Source: a virus
DNA: 64,000 nt
Strand: one strand, 5' to 3'
IMG/VR virus record: IMGVR_UViG_3300035670_012130
Coordinates: 42,126 to 106,125 of that record
The translations under genes and the position numbers were made by a program. Shown piece after piece: positions 8,205-18,764 of the stretch. The number at the start of each line of letters is the position of its first letter. Position 1 is the first letter of the stretch. Below the pieces are notes generated by a model. It was not told the origin of the DNA. It made no database searches and worked only from the letters and a program-made list of their open reading frames with translations.

Positions 8205-10655
8205 CTATGGCGTAGTTTCAATAGTTATAAGATCATAAATATCCCATAAAATTGGACCGTTATTAATTCTTGTTAAGTTTGTACCTGGAGTGACATAAGC
8301 ATCAATGACTCTATCAAATAACTGTAAATCATTTCCTAAGGCGAATCTTTGATTTCTAGAAGTTCCTTTTGGCACTGTAGTCGTTAATGTTGTAGGTTCT
8401 CCATTTTCACCATTTTGTGCGATTACAGTTACTACCAAATCATTCTTTATAGTTTGATCGTCAGTTGTGGCAATTCCAGTGGTTGATCCGTTAAAAACTA
8501 CATTAGAAGTAGATAAATCTTCAACATAAGGGACATATGCTGAAATTCTACTAGGCTGTAAAGCTATTCTGTTGGTTAACTTTATTCCACGTCTTAATAT
8601 TTCGCCTGATATATTGCCATCATCAAGATAACCTCTAAATTTATAAAAAGCGGTTCCACCTGTTCCAGTCCAAGATGTTCCATTATTGATGGATGTTAAT
8701 CCTTGACCAGAACTGCCTGAAATTATTCTGGTATATAAACTTGTGGACCCAAGACCTGTAGTGAAATCTGATGGCTTGTCTATTACTAGCCAGTAGGATG
8801 AACCTTGTTCTAAGTTAGCTCCTGTTCTAAATTTTATAGTATATTCGTTAGTGCCTTGTTGTATATCAGAATTTCTTATAACTGATGCGCTAGTGAGCAT
8901 TCCATTAGGAGTTGGTGTTGAGCCTGTTGCTGAAAATATTGATATAGATATGCCTGTTGTACCTGAGCCTGTTGTTTGACCTCCAGCAGTATACTTAAAT
9001 TTAAGTGTTACTCCTCCGATGAAACAATCTTCATTAGGTGTAATTTTAAAAGCTGTAAGTCCATTATTTAATATCAAATCAGTATCATCTGTAACTGTTG
9101 TCATCGTGTTGTAAGATGGATATTGTATTTCGTTTATATTAGTTAATTTTCTTTCAATTATATCACTACTTAGTTGCGGTTTTTTGTAAACATTATAAAA
9201 AAGTGGATTTGTAATTCCTGCGCCAGTCCAAGTTAACTCTACAAGATAATTGTTTGATGTAAAATTAGATGATACTAAATTACTGTAAACTGGTATACTT
9301 TCTACATACTCATCTGTAGATATATTGTAAACTATTGTCACTCCATAAATTTGAGTGCCCGATGAAAGCGAAGATATATAGTTAGAACAAGGTATGACTT
9401 GATTCGTTAATCCTGTGGCAGCTACTGAATTATCACTTCCTATAGCTGCATTGTAAGTTATCAAGTCTCCTCTAAAAATTGCAAATGTATGTTGAGTATC
9501 AGAACCTATTGTTTGATAGTAAGCTTTTGCGAAATTATATGGTAGCTCAAATCTTTCAAGTCCACTAAATGATGTGCCTTTAGAATAAAATTCAGTTTTT
9601 CTGAAAGGTTGTGTTGCTAAAAGCTCTCTATTTGTCAATCCTGAATTTGAAGATTCCGTGCTCAAGTATCTGTAAACTGCAGAAACAGTATTTCTTATGT
9701 AATCATTTGATTTATATGTTGATAATGCGTCATTTGCTTCATTACAACTTTGAATTATCAAGCTTTTATCAGAAGAATCTCCTAGTATTTGATACGTTGA
9801 TATATCAGTTGGCATATCTACAATCGTTCTGGTCAATCCCGTACCAGAATCTACTACTACTGGGTCTTCAGGGTTTTTAACCATTACTTTACTGATTGGC
9901 AACCAGCTTTGTGGTAATGGAGGAAAATAATCAAATGTATTGACATTTTCTGAACTTTCTAAAACTGGAAAACCAGTTATATATTTTACTCTTGGTTGAA
10001 AAAGAAATGTTACTGGATTGTCTAGATAGTATGTAGCTGGTAATGTTCCAAAAGAAGATCCATTGTAATATGATGGATCTACCACTAAACCTGTGAGATC
10101 ATCAGTAACATTTGAAAAAGTAATTAAGTAATTTCCTACAAAAGCTTGTAGAGGAAATCCAAGATTTACAGCAATTGATGCATCTTTTACTAGCAATATT
10201 GAAGTTCCAGCTAAGCAAGTGTCGCTAACTGTAGTTGCCCAAGTTTGAGTAGCTTTTTGTGCTTCTGAAATAGGCAATCCTAAAGTAACGCCATATTTAT
10301 AACTTGCTCCAAAGCCTCCAGTAGAATAGTTTTTTGACCATTCTTTCCTTAGGGGTATTTTTTGTGGCTGTAAACTAATTACTGATCCATTGTAAGCTAA
10401 TTGTCCACTTCTTACAGTTACATAATAAGGGTCATATGTTATATCATAAGTTGTTTCGCAGCCTAATGGAGCTGTTTCTAAGATTCCAAAATATGGCAAT
10501 CCTGTATTAGCCATAGATAGCAAGTTATTAATTTCAAAAATAGAAGAGCCAGGAGTTTCCACGTCTCCAATGCCATAACTTAAAGCATCGTAAATATTGC
10601 CCACTGTTTTTGTTAATTCAAGAACTATTTCTTCTACTTTTGATGAAATTGCCAT
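8205..10655 (-). CDS. Virion structural protein (tail/baseplate-associated)
   Basis: 816 aa, S/T/G-rich; VTVRSGQLAYNG N-terminal motif and an AFKITP...YWLVI beta-sandwich domain shared with other genes here. Confidence 0.5.
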   Translation of the reverse strand: MAISSKVEEIVLELTKTVGNIYDALSYGIGDVETPGSSIFEINNLLSMANTGLPYFGILETAPLGCETTYDITYDPYYVTVRSGQLAYNGSVISLQPQKIPLRKEWSKNYSTGGFGASYKYGVTLGLPISEAQKATQTWATTVSDTCLAGTSILLVKDASIAVNLGFPLQAFVGNYLITFSNVTDDLTGLVVDPSYYNGSSFGTLPATYYLDNPVTFLFQPRVKYITGFPVLESSENVNTFDYFPPLPQSWLPISKVMVKNPEDPVVVDSGTGLTRTIVDMPTDISTYQILGDSSDKSLIIQSCNEANDALSTYKSNDYIRNTVSAVYRYLSTESSNSGLTNRELLATQPFRKTEFYSKGTSFSGLERFELPYNFAKAYYQTIGSDTQHTFAIFRGDLITYNAAIGSDNSVAATGLTNQVIPCSNYISSLSSGTQIYGVTIVYNISTDEYVESIPVYSNLVSSNFTSNNYLVELTWTGAGITNPLFYNVYKKPQLSSDIIERKLTNINEIQYPSYNTMTTVTDDTDLILNNGLTAFKITPNEDCFIGGVTLKFKYTAGGQTTGSGTTGISISIFSATGSTPTPNGMLTSASVIRNSDIQQGTNEYTIKFRTGANLEQGSSYWLVIDKPSDFTTGLGSTSLYTRIISGSSGQGLTSINNGTSWTGTGGTAFYKFRGYLDDGNISGEILRRGIKLTNRIALQPSRISAYVPYVEDLSTSNVVFNGSTTGIATTDDQTIKNDLVVTVIAQNGENGEPTTLTTTVPKGTSRNQRFALGNDLQLFDRVIDAYVTPGTNLTRINNGPILWDIYDLITIETTP

Positions 10656-10656
10656 T

Positions 10657-11511
10657 TTATATATTTATACTCAACTCTGTTGTTAGATAAGATAAAAGTC
10701 TGGTTGGTAATAAAATGCCCGTGCTTTGCCAATATGATGTAAAATCAGGCTCCCAAGTTGAACTACCAACCCAATTTGAAATAATATCTTTGGTTAAATT
10801 TTTCTGTGTATTATATTGTTCTGAAATTAATGCATAATTTCTTATGATTGATGAAACTACTATTCTTGAAATATTCTCTTCTGTGTAGCCAAAATAACCT
10901 CTTGGCAATCTTTCGTCTATCAATTTGAAAAACACTCTTGAGTTTTTAATTGTCTGATCATAGTAAGAAACATCTGCAATAAATTTATATAATTCTAAAT
11001 CATAAGTTTTATCTGTTGTGAAAGATAATTCTTGTGAAGTTCTAATAATTTCCTCAGCAGTATCGATATCTATGTCCTTACTGATAATCAAAGGGCTGCC
11101 ATTTGGGTCATTTATGGGTCTAGCTAATGAAAAGATTAGTTCTTCTCCATCAACACTGTCCGAGGATAAAAATACTTTTCCAAATATGTATCCATCAGAC
11201 ATTGTGTCAATATTTCCCAATACTTCTTGGACTGTATATCCTTGTTCATTTCCGGTGGGAAGCTCAACATTAGTAGTTGATAAAACTGTTTTAACTAATC
11301 CTTTCCCAAAACTCAAAACATCAAGAACCATATTGTAATTTTGAGATTTTATTGCTGATAGTCCGTAAAGCAATTGCAAATTACGTTCTACAGTATTATA
11401 TGACAAAGCATATTCTTGTGAAGCTAATGCCATATCAACTGTTTTTTCTGTTTGATCAAGAGCAAGCACTAAATTATTCATTGTGACTGCTGACGCATAA
11501 TTCATTGCCAT
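10657..11511 (-). CDS. Hypothetical protein (structural module)
   Basis: 284-aa ORF closely coupled to both neighbours; no recognised motif. Confidence 0.6.
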   Translation of the reverse strand: MAMNYASAVTMNNLVLALDQTEKTVDMALASQEYALSYNTVERNLQLLYGLSAIKSQNYNMVLDVLSFGKGLVKTVLSTTNVELPTGNEQGYTVQEVLGNIDTMSDGYIFGKVFLSSDSVDGEELIFSLARPINDPNGSPLIISKDIDIDTAEEIIRTSQELSFTTDKTYDLELYKFIADVSYYDQTIKNSRVFFKLIDERLPRGYFGYTEENISRIVVSSIIRNYALISEQYNTQKNLTKDIISNWVGSSTWEPDFTSYWQSTGILLPTRLLSYLTTELSINI

Positions 11512-14500
11512 TATTTGTTCCTAATCACAATCTTGTCAGTAATGGGGAAACCATAATATTGATCATTGATTTCTTCCAGAGATTTACCAACAACTAAGTA
11601 TGTTATATTTTCAATTTTTTCACTATCAATAAGTATTGGGCTTACTGATACATCTTGATAGAAAGAATTATCAACTTCTTGCCATGATGACGTACCAGTC
11701 TTTCTCCATTCTAATTTCAAATTGTGTAAATTTTGATAATTGTTAAATTGTAATTCTAATGTTATTGGCTGTGAACTTCCTGTAGCAACGTAAGATGTTG
11801 TGAATGAAGTAGAAGAAGTATTATTCCAATCGCTTATGTATGGATTATCTTCATTATTTATATAAAATTTTACACCACCATTTGTAGTCACTCTAAAGTC
11901 AAAAGTTGCGCCTAATGAGGAAAGGGCTGTAAAATCTCCGACTGAATACCCATTGAAATAATTTGTCTGTCCTAATCCGCCAAAATTATCGAAATCAAGA
12001 TTATGATGAGCTGATGTTAAATCACTCATTTCATTGCTGTCTAATTCGAGATAATTCCAGGAAGATTTCTTATACCATTGAGTAATCCAAGTGGGCGATT
12101 TATCAAGCTTTATATAAGTAGTTTGAAGCTGATTGTCAACATTATATTTAAGATACAAGTGGATATCATTTGCTCTCTTGATAAATCTATTAGTGTTATC
12201 ACCAAAGTAATGAGTATTAGCTGAACCTGACAAATTATTACTTAGATAAACTTTATATAAGCCATTTGTTGAATCATATGTCAAATTAGTTATGGCTGTA
12301 CCGCTTGATAAAACGCTTGAAGTAACTGCTATACCAACCATAACAGAAGGGTCAAAGTTTTCTTCTGGTATATAAAGTAAATTTGTTCCAGAAGTTCCAG
12401 TAGCTCCAACTGCAACCACTCTAGATACAAATGATCTAGGATAAATATAGAGTTGAGATGGAGTAAATAAATTTTGATTATTTACTGTCCAAAATTCATC
12501 TAAATAGTAATCAGTATCGTTTGATCTGGTTTTATTAGGTGCTGGCATAATAAGAGAAGAATAATTAAAATCTCTATTGAATCCAGCATAAATTTCACTA
12601 TCTAACCCGAAGAATTCTACAAATGGTGTGCCTGTAGAAGCAGTCCAAGAATATCCATCGTAAAAAGCCATATTGGATGCAGTTGGAGTGGAGGACTCTT
12701 GTATCTGCAATCTTAGGTCATATTTGATTACATAACTTTGATTATCACTTGTTCCAGCGCTTCCAGATAATGTCATCACGGAAGAAGAACCTATAGAAGC
12801 AATCTCATACCAAGTAGAAATATCACCAGATAAAGTACTACCAAATCCTATAGAAGCATACTTTTGATATTTATTGAAATCAGCCATTGTATCTGTAGAT
12901 GGATTGTAAAGTCCACTTACTGCTGTTCCACTTACACTAACTAATCCAAGTGTTTTAGCATCATAATTAGGTGGATTTGTATTTGATTCAAACACAATCC
13001 AGTATGTTCTGTCTTTTGTAAGTGAATAGTTCACATAAAAATAAACATCATCTAGAACGTTCTTTATAGTTGTATAGAAAACTTTAGAACCAGTAATGAG
13101 CTTTGCATTTGGAAGGCTATTGTAATTGTCCCAAATACTTATTTGAATATAAGCATCAGGATTATTGCAAATAGCTAAACTTTGTAATCTAATTTTTAAA
13201 GATTTTATATCTTGATATTCGTTTGGTGTAATTTTAAAAGCAAATTTATTGTAATTTAAACTCTTATAATTACCCTTAGTAGTTTGGTTTATATTTGTAG
13301 CATCAACTATTGATATTTGTTGTTTGTAGATGTTTTCAAGACTATTGATTGAAGAGTCTGAAGTTGAATATCCGGCAATTGAAACAACGAAAGAATCAGA
13401 CCTTAAATCTAAAATATTTTGCGCTGTGAAAATTTTGTTATCTTTTTCAGCTCCAACTACTTCATCGTAATTAGAAATCCAATGTTTACTTCTGCTGTAT
13501 GCATAATTAGAAACAGTCATACCCATTTCTTTGATAGTGGAGAATGTGTTTGGAAATTGACTAGAATCTGGAGTATAGAAAGATTTAGTTAATTCATAAT
13601 CACTAACACTGTCTTGAATTTCCGCTTCTGTGATATTAGGATTTGTTGATTTTAAGTTAGTTATAAAGTCTGATTTAGTTTGTTTTGTAGAATCTGTAGG
13701 CTGAACTTGCTTTGTTAATATTGCTCTGCTTTCGCCCATTTGCATATTAGGAATGATTGCAGCACTTCCATAAAGTCTGTATTCTTCCATTGAGTTGAAA
13801 GTACCAGGCGCATAATTATCTCTTTCTGTTTGTGTACCTTGCTTAAAATATCCAGAAGTTGTTAAATTTTTGTTTTGTCTGTTCAAATATTCGTCATCTG
13901 TAATTAAGAATTTTGAAGAATTTAACTTTATATTTTTAATTAATTTATCACTATTAGCATTTTGAAACACAATTGAAAAAGCATAATCTTTTGTCAATTT
14001 TGTTCCTGTTGTTTCTTGATCTAATAAATCTGGAATGTTTGACACTTCTTGGTAAAACTCAAATTCTGTATCACTTTCAAAATTGATGTCATTAAGTTTC
14101 ATTCCATTTTCATCATATTTAAAAACGATTTTTGTTGGAGGAGTTGATAGCCAAGAAATCATTGCATTTGCGCCAGATTCTTCAACTTCAATATTGATAG
14201 GTTCAGTTTCTAATGGACTATTTTTAATACCATATGTTTGACTATCTACTGCAGCTTTATAATTTTCCTCAAGAGTCAAATAAGTATCTGTAATGATTGA
14301 AAGCACTTGACCATATAAAATTGTGCCATCAGAGCTATAAAGATAATCGCCCTCAGTTATTTCTTTTGTGAACTTAGAAGAACTACCAATTACAACATTA
14401 TTACCTGAAGATATAGTAATTTTTCCAGAACCTTTTGTTGTTTGATAATTAGATTTTAATGCTGGAGCTATTGGATATTTTAATAAATTATGTAGTAGCT

Positions 14501-16214
14501 TTGTTTTCTTGAAGCTATTGTTCTTGATATCTGCATAGCTACTTGTTCCATATGATTTGAAATTTGAGAATGGAGCAACTAAATCTGCACCTAATTTATC
14601 GTAAATATTTTTGTATTCATCGCTTCTGGTAAATGTAGTCATTGAAATAACATCTTGCAAGGTGTCATTGATCAAATTACTATCACCTATTGGAGGAACA
14701 GCAAAATTATCCGCACTTCTTTTTATGTAAACAATAGATGCGCTGTTCAAATTGTATGTTGTATTTGATTTACTCTTTATTGTCCCAGAAGTTTTGAATG
14801 ATGGATAAGAAAGAATCATCTTAGCAACAATGTCATAATCCTTGTCGATTGTTGGATAATTCTTGAAATCTTCCCAATCTACGGGAACAGATTCTTGAGG
14901 CATAGCTTTTCCAAAAAATAAATAAAAGTCTATGTCCCCGTTTTCATATTGATTCCCAGAAATAATGTTCTTAGTAGCTAATAAAACAGGCAGATACTCA
15001 AAAGAACTCAAAGACACATAGTTTGCTAAAGAATTTGTATCTCCGTATGCACTAAATGTTTCTGGATACAAATATCTAAATGGCTCTACTGTTGTTATGT
15101 AATCACCATCATAATATTTCTGATTAGTCTTGCTTCTTGAAAAAAGATAAATATTAGTATCATTTACACCTGTTTTTTCAAATGCAATATAATTTTGAAT
15201 ATCTTTTTGTAAATAGGTCTTTCTTGGATAAATATTCCAATCAGATGACAAATTACTTGAGTTGAAAGTGATTGCAGTTCCAGAAGTATATGTTGGGTAA
15301 GATGTGAAGAAATTTGTATCGTGAGTATCCCAATAAAAGGCTAAATGATACCAATAATCTGCAGTCCAAGATGCTGGTGTTTTTACTTTAAATAAATAAT
15401 GATCTTTGATTGTGTCTGTTGTTGAACCAGTAGAAGATACTTCAGATACATCATAAGCAAGGTAAGTAAGAGCTAATCCTGCCATACTTCCTCCAAGTGA
15501 GAAAGTGGATCCTATACCTTGTGTTTTTAAGTAAATGTGAGAAGCAATACCAAGATCTTTTGGTGTGTTTGAAAGTGGATTTATAAATTGTGCGCCTTCA
15601 AAATAAGACTTTGGAATTAGGATATGCGCTTCGTTGTTTGATACTGTTCCTGTATTTTTGACAGAAATCCATCTTGAAGAATTAAATAAATTAACTCTTT
15701 GATATAAACTACCATCCCATCTTACAGGATAGTCGTAGTTTGTTCTTTCCGATCCATCCCCAGGCTCAGAATTGATATTATAAATTATGTAAGATGTATT
15801 AGCATTACCAGCAGCATTGTAAGGAGGGACGAAATATTGCCAAGCATTGTAATCCCAAACGCCCCAACCTTCAGTCGATGGTGGGTTGTAATATTGAGGA
15901 GTCCAACCACCAGTATTGGCAAAACTGGCAACTTTTTGATCTACTATATATTGACCACCTTGAAAACCAAATGAAATATTCTCTATAGCATCAAAAGTTT
16001 GATAAGGCTTGGTTGTTAATCCTTGCGGTGTTTTTCCAGCTAAATCATAATCGTGAAAAATTGTTGAGCCTCTAAACTTGACAGCTATTCTTTCATAATC
16101 CAAATAATAACCGTGTTTCAGAGACAAATCACCAACCAAATCTTTGTAGGCATATTTAGCTTTGCCGATTTGATTGATGATAAATTCGAGACCTTTTTTG
16201 GATACGAGACTCAT
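11511..16214 (-). CDS. Large virion protein with C-terminal PA14-like domain
   Basis: 1567 aa; FDFRVTTNGGVKFYINN...DW...LKLEW is PA14-like; fibre-like GKITISSGNNVVIGSSSKF; FAFKITP...YWIVF domain. Confidence 0.6.
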   Translation of the reverse strand: MSLVSKKGLEFIINQIGKAKYAYKDLVGDLSLKHGYYLDYERIAVKFRGSTIFHDYDLAGKTPQGLTTKPYQTFDAIENISFGFQGGQYIVDQKVASFANTGGWTPQYYNPPSTEGWGVWDYNAWQYFVPPYNAAGNANTSYIIYNINSEPGDGSERTNYDYPVRWDGSLYQRVNLFNSSRWISVKNTGTVSNNEAHILIPKSYFEGAQFINPLSNTPKDLGIASHIYLKTQGIGSTFSLGGSMAGLALTYLAYDVSEVSSTGSTTDTIKDHYLFKVKTPASWTADYWYHLAFYWDTHDTNFFTSYPTYTSGTAITFNSSNLSSDWNIYPRKTYLQKDIQNYIAFEKTGVNDTNIYLFSRSKTNQKYYDGDYITTVEPFRYLYPETFSAYGDTNSLANYVSLSSFEYLPVLLATKNIISGNQYENGDIDFYLFFGKAMPQESVPVDWEDFKNYPTIDKDYDIVAKMILSYPSFKTSGTIKSKSNTTYNLNSASIVYIKRSADNFAVPPIGDSNLINDTLQDVISMTTFTRSDEYKNIYDKLGADLVAPFSNFKSYGTSSYADIKNNSFKKTKLLHNLLKYPIAPALKSNYQTTKGSGKITISSGNNVVIGSSSKFTKEITEGDYLYSSDGTILYGQVLSIITDTYLTLEENYKAAVDSQTYGIKNSPLETEPINIEVEESGANAMISWLSTPPTKIVFKYDENGMKLNDINFESDTEFEFYQEVSNIPDLLDQETTGTKLTKDYAFSIVFQNANSDKLIKNIKLNSSKFLITDDEYLNRQNKNLTTSGYFKQGTQTERDNYAPGTFNSMEEYRLYGSAAIIPNMQMGESRAILTKQVQPTDSTKQTKSDFITNLKSTNPNITEAEIQDSVSDYELTKSFYTPDSSQFPNTFSTIKEMGMTVSNYAYSRSKHWISNYDEVVGAEKDNKIFTAQNILDLRSDSFVVSIAGYSTSDSSINSLENIYKQQISIVDATNINQTTKGNYKSLNYNKFAFKITPNEYQDIKSLKIRLQSLAICNNPDAYIQISIWDNYNSLPNAKLITGSKVFYTTIKNVLDDVYFYVNYSLTKDRTYWIVFESNTNPPNYDAKTLGLVSVSGTAVSGLYNPSTDTMADFNKYQKYASIGFGSTLSGDISTWYEIASIGSSSVMTLSGSAGTSDNQSYVIKYDLRLQIQESSTPTASNMAFYDGYSWTASTGTPFVEFFGLDSEIYAGFNRDFNYSSLIMPAPNKTRSNDTDYYLDEFWTVNNQNLFTPSQLYIYPRSFVSRVVAVGATGTSGTNLLYIPEENFDPSVMVGIAVTSSVLSSGTAITNLTYDSTNGLYKVYLSNNLSGSANTHYFGDNTNRFIKRANDIHLYLKYNVDNQLQTTYIKLDKSPTWITQWYKKSSWNYLELDSNEMSDLTSAHHNLDFDNFGGLGQTNYFNGYSVGDFTALSSLGATFDFRVTTNGGVKFYINNEDNPYISDWNNTSSTSFTTSYVATGSSQPITLELQFNNYQNLHNLKLEWRKTGTSSWQEVDNSFYQDVSVSPILIDSEKIENITYLVVGKSLEEINDQYYGFPITDKIVIRNK

Positions 16215-16216
16215 TT

Positions 16217-16993
16217 TTAATATGCAGTTGTTGGTACATTATCTGGACCAAAATAAATTTGTCTAACTAATTCTTTAGCACTAATTGTAATGGTGCCACT
16301 TCTGAAAAGTTGTTTTCCTGTAGCATCATCTGAAGATTTATTGTCATTGCAAAGTACATCGTAAAGCATTCTTACGGGTTCTACATTATCTGCTTGCATT
16401 CTTAAAATGTTATTTTTTGCTTTAGTTGGTAAATTTGCAATAGTTGTGCCAGCTCCAACATCGTTATACATTCTGATAAACGCTTCTGCTGCTTTACCTG
16501 AATCTGGTAAAGATGGGGCTGCCAAGTTTGCTGGATGAGTTTCTGACCAAAGGGTATTAAACTCATTTGTTACTGTTGATGCGTAAGAACTCAATATATC
16601 ATTATGATCTACAGTAAAATGTGCTGGAGAAAGTGTAAACTTTTCGCAAATAGGGCAAATATCAACTACCCATATTCTTCTATGCTTTCTCAATATTGAT
16701 AAAATTATTCTTGTTGCTTCTTGCGTGACTCTCTCGGTAGTTTCTATATTATCAGCACCTACATTAATTTCTATATTAACATTGTGTTCGAATTCTTGTA
16801 ATCCAAAAGATATATCTTTGAGTGGAGAGCTTGCACCTTTAAAAACTATTGATATTGCATTAGGTCTTACAGCAGCTTCTCCAATAAAAAATCCAGTAAC
16901 AGGTCTATCAAAAATTACTGCTTCACCTTTAGCATTTTTAGGCAACTCGTAGAATAAAATGCCTCTTAAGGTATCGTAAACTCGTTCAAGCAT
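16217..16993 (-). CDS. Putative tail completion/terminator-like protein with a CxxC insertion
   Basis: Follows the adaptor gene; PNAISIV...HNVNIEINV...LSILRKH pattern; CPICEK..H...H. Confidence 0.45.
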   Translation of the reverse strand: MLERVYDTLRGILFYELPKNAKGEAVIFDRPVTGFFIGEAAVRPNAISIVFKGASSPLKDISFGLQEFEHNVNIEINVGADNIETTERVTQEATRIILSILRKHRRIWVVDICPICEKFTLSPAHFTVDHNDILSSYASTVTNEFNTLWSETHPANLAAPSLPDSGKAAEAFIRMYNDVGAGTTIANLPTKAKNNILRMQADNVEPVRMLYDVLCNDNKSSDDATGKQLFRSGTITISAKELVRQIYFGPDNVPTTAY

Positions 16994-17002
16994 TTATTTC
17001 AC

Positions 17003-17497
17003 CTATTGACTTTGGCCTTTTGAACGCTTGCCTTCTGTTGGGTTATTTACCACTCCACGTAAGGTAGATCTAACAAATCTATCTCCACGAGTGTTTCTCT
17101 GACCGAATAATCTAATTTCACCATTTTGAATTCTTACAATTTCATTTTGAGCAAAATCAAATCTTACTTTTTGAGCTTCAGAATATTGTGGGTCTGCTCC
17201 TTGAAGTGCTTGCATGTAATACATTTGAGCAGCAAGAATAGCGCAAATTACAGGTACAGGGTGTGGATATGAAACATCACCACCAATATTTACTTGTTTC
17301 AAAGGAACATCATACATAGTGGCAAGATTAGCATCAATTTCAGCTGATGCTTGTTGAATGAAGAAGTCTAAGTTTATATTTGAAGCTGATTCTGGAGTAG
17401 GATTTCTGAAGTTAGGAATAGGATTGTCACCCTCAGTTACAACGTTGGGCGGAAGATATTGCTTGACATCATTTGTTGTGCAGTAAGAACGTGGCAT
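17003..17497 (-). CDS. Head-tail adaptor, Mu gp36/DUF1320-like
   Basis: YCTTNDV, IQQASAEIDANLATMYDVPL, ICAILA, RIQNGEIRL; AGGAG ribosome-binding site. Confidence 0.75.
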   Translation of the reverse strand: MPRSYCTTNDVKQYLPPNVVTEGDNPIPNFRNPTPESASNINLDFFIQQASAEIDANLATMYDVPLKQVNIGGDVSYPHPVPVICAILAAQMYYMQALQGADPQYSEAQKVRFDFAQNEIVRIQNGEIRLFGQRNTRGDRFVRSTLRGVVNNPTEGKRSKGQSQ

Positions 17498-18177
17498 TAT
17501 ACTACTCCTGTGTTTGGCTTTAAATATTTTGGTGTATATTCGACACCTTGATCACCTTGTATCAATCCCATTTCTTGTGCGTCTTGTCTTCGAACTAGAG
17601 TAAAAACATTAGAATTATCAAGATCATTTGCTGAAGTTGCACCTGAGTTTACAAATCTTGGAAAGTCAATATCTACATCTCTGTATCCACCTGATTTAGC
17701 ATTGAAAATTTCAACACCATCAGGAGCAAATTTACTTCCTTGTAATCTGTTTAATGTTTGAGCTAATTTTGAGTTTACATTAGTTGCTAAAACAAAACCA
17801 TTATTATCATGAACAAATCCACAAGCTTTATCAATGGATAAATTTCTAGGCACAGGTTTGGACAGATTATAGATATACAACTCTTCTTTACCAGTACAAA
17901 TATAAGTCTGACCAGAAGCAACAACAATATCCATTTGTTGCTCTTGAGCCATTTGTTTAGCCCTTAATCCGACAACTGGAGTATCAGGTGAAAGAATTCC
18001 AACGATATCCAAACCGTTAATGATAGCTGATGTGAGAATTGATTTGATAGTAGAGTTTAAATAATCTTCGTTTGAAAAAGCTTCTTCTTTGTCAATAAAA
18101 ACGCACAAATCTATCCTTAACACATTTTTTCTTAGAGCTGTGCATTCTTTTGCTATGTGATACCAAGAGCGTTCCAT
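17497..18177 (-). CDS. Degenerate PHP-family phosphoesterase-like protein
   Basis: RIDL..., GLDIVGI, VHDNNGFV, DGVEIFN follow the PHP barrel order, but the His/Asp metal ligands are missing. Confidence 0.6.
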   Translation of the reverse strand: MERSWYHIAKECTALRKNVLRIDLCVFIDKEEAFSNEDYLNSTIKSILTSAIINGLDIVGILSPDTPVVGLRAKQMAQEQQMDIVVASGQTYICTGKEELYIYNLSKPVPRNLSIDKACGFVHDNNGFVLATNVNSKLAQTLNRLQGSKFAPDGVEIFNAKSGGYRDVDIDFPRFVNSGATSANDLDNSNVFTLVRRQDAQEMGLIQGDQGVEYTPKYLKPNTGVV

Positions 18178-18211
18178 AATAAAGAAAATACTAGGTATCG
18201 AGCTTCTTTAC

Positions 18212-18748
18212 CTATCTTTTGTTTCCGCAGTCAGGGCAGAACTTTTCCAATCCAAGGAACTTGAAGCCACATTCAATACAGAATTTTGCTAGTTGTGCTG
18301 TTCCACACTTGAGACAAAATTTAGCATCAAGTGGCAAAACATATAAGCATTCAGAATTAGAACATTCTTTGTGATGCTTTTCAATTCTATTACGTTCAGT
18401 GGTGCCATCCATTTCATCAAGCTCAGAGATTAAGTTTGCAATATTAACTGCGTTGGGGGTAACTGATGGCTGATGTTGTACTTCCTCTTGCATTTCAGGT
18501 TCAGATGGCTTCAATATAGGTTGTTTTTCTGCCCATTTTTGAAATTCTGGGCTATCGAAAAGACTTTGCTTTGGTTCTGCGCTAACATCCCCAAATTCAT
18601 TGATTTTTAGGTCAATTTCACGTTCAGTCATTTCCATCTCATCCCCAAGCACTGTATGTCCAAACTTATTGACTTTTGGCTTGGGGAGATCTTCACGATG
18701 GGGATTGGTGAAAGAATGTCGTAAAGCTTTGATCTGATCGTCGTCCAT
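18212..18748 (-). CDS. Double zinc-ribbon protein
   Basis: C-terminal CSNSEC..CLKC..CIEC..CPDC after an acidic, probably disordered N-terminus. Confidence 0.8.
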   Translation of the reverse strand: MDDDQIKALRHSFTNPHREDLPKPKVNKFGHTVLGDEMEMTEREIDLKINEFGDVSAEPKQSLFDSPEFQKWAEKQPILKPSEPEMQEEVQHQPSVTPNAVNIANLISELDEMDGTTERNRIEKHHKECSNSECLYVLPLDAKFCLKCGTAQLAKFCIECGFKFLGLEKFCPDCGNKR

Positions 18749-18754
18749 AAACTA

Positions 18755-18760
18755 ATTTTA
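18755..18760 (-). promoter_or_regulatory. -10 element TAAAAT six bases before the ATG
   Basis: Minus strand TAAAAT-tagttt-ATG(18748); ATGACA lies 18 nt further upstream. Confidence 0.45.
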
Positions 18761-18764
18761 CAGT

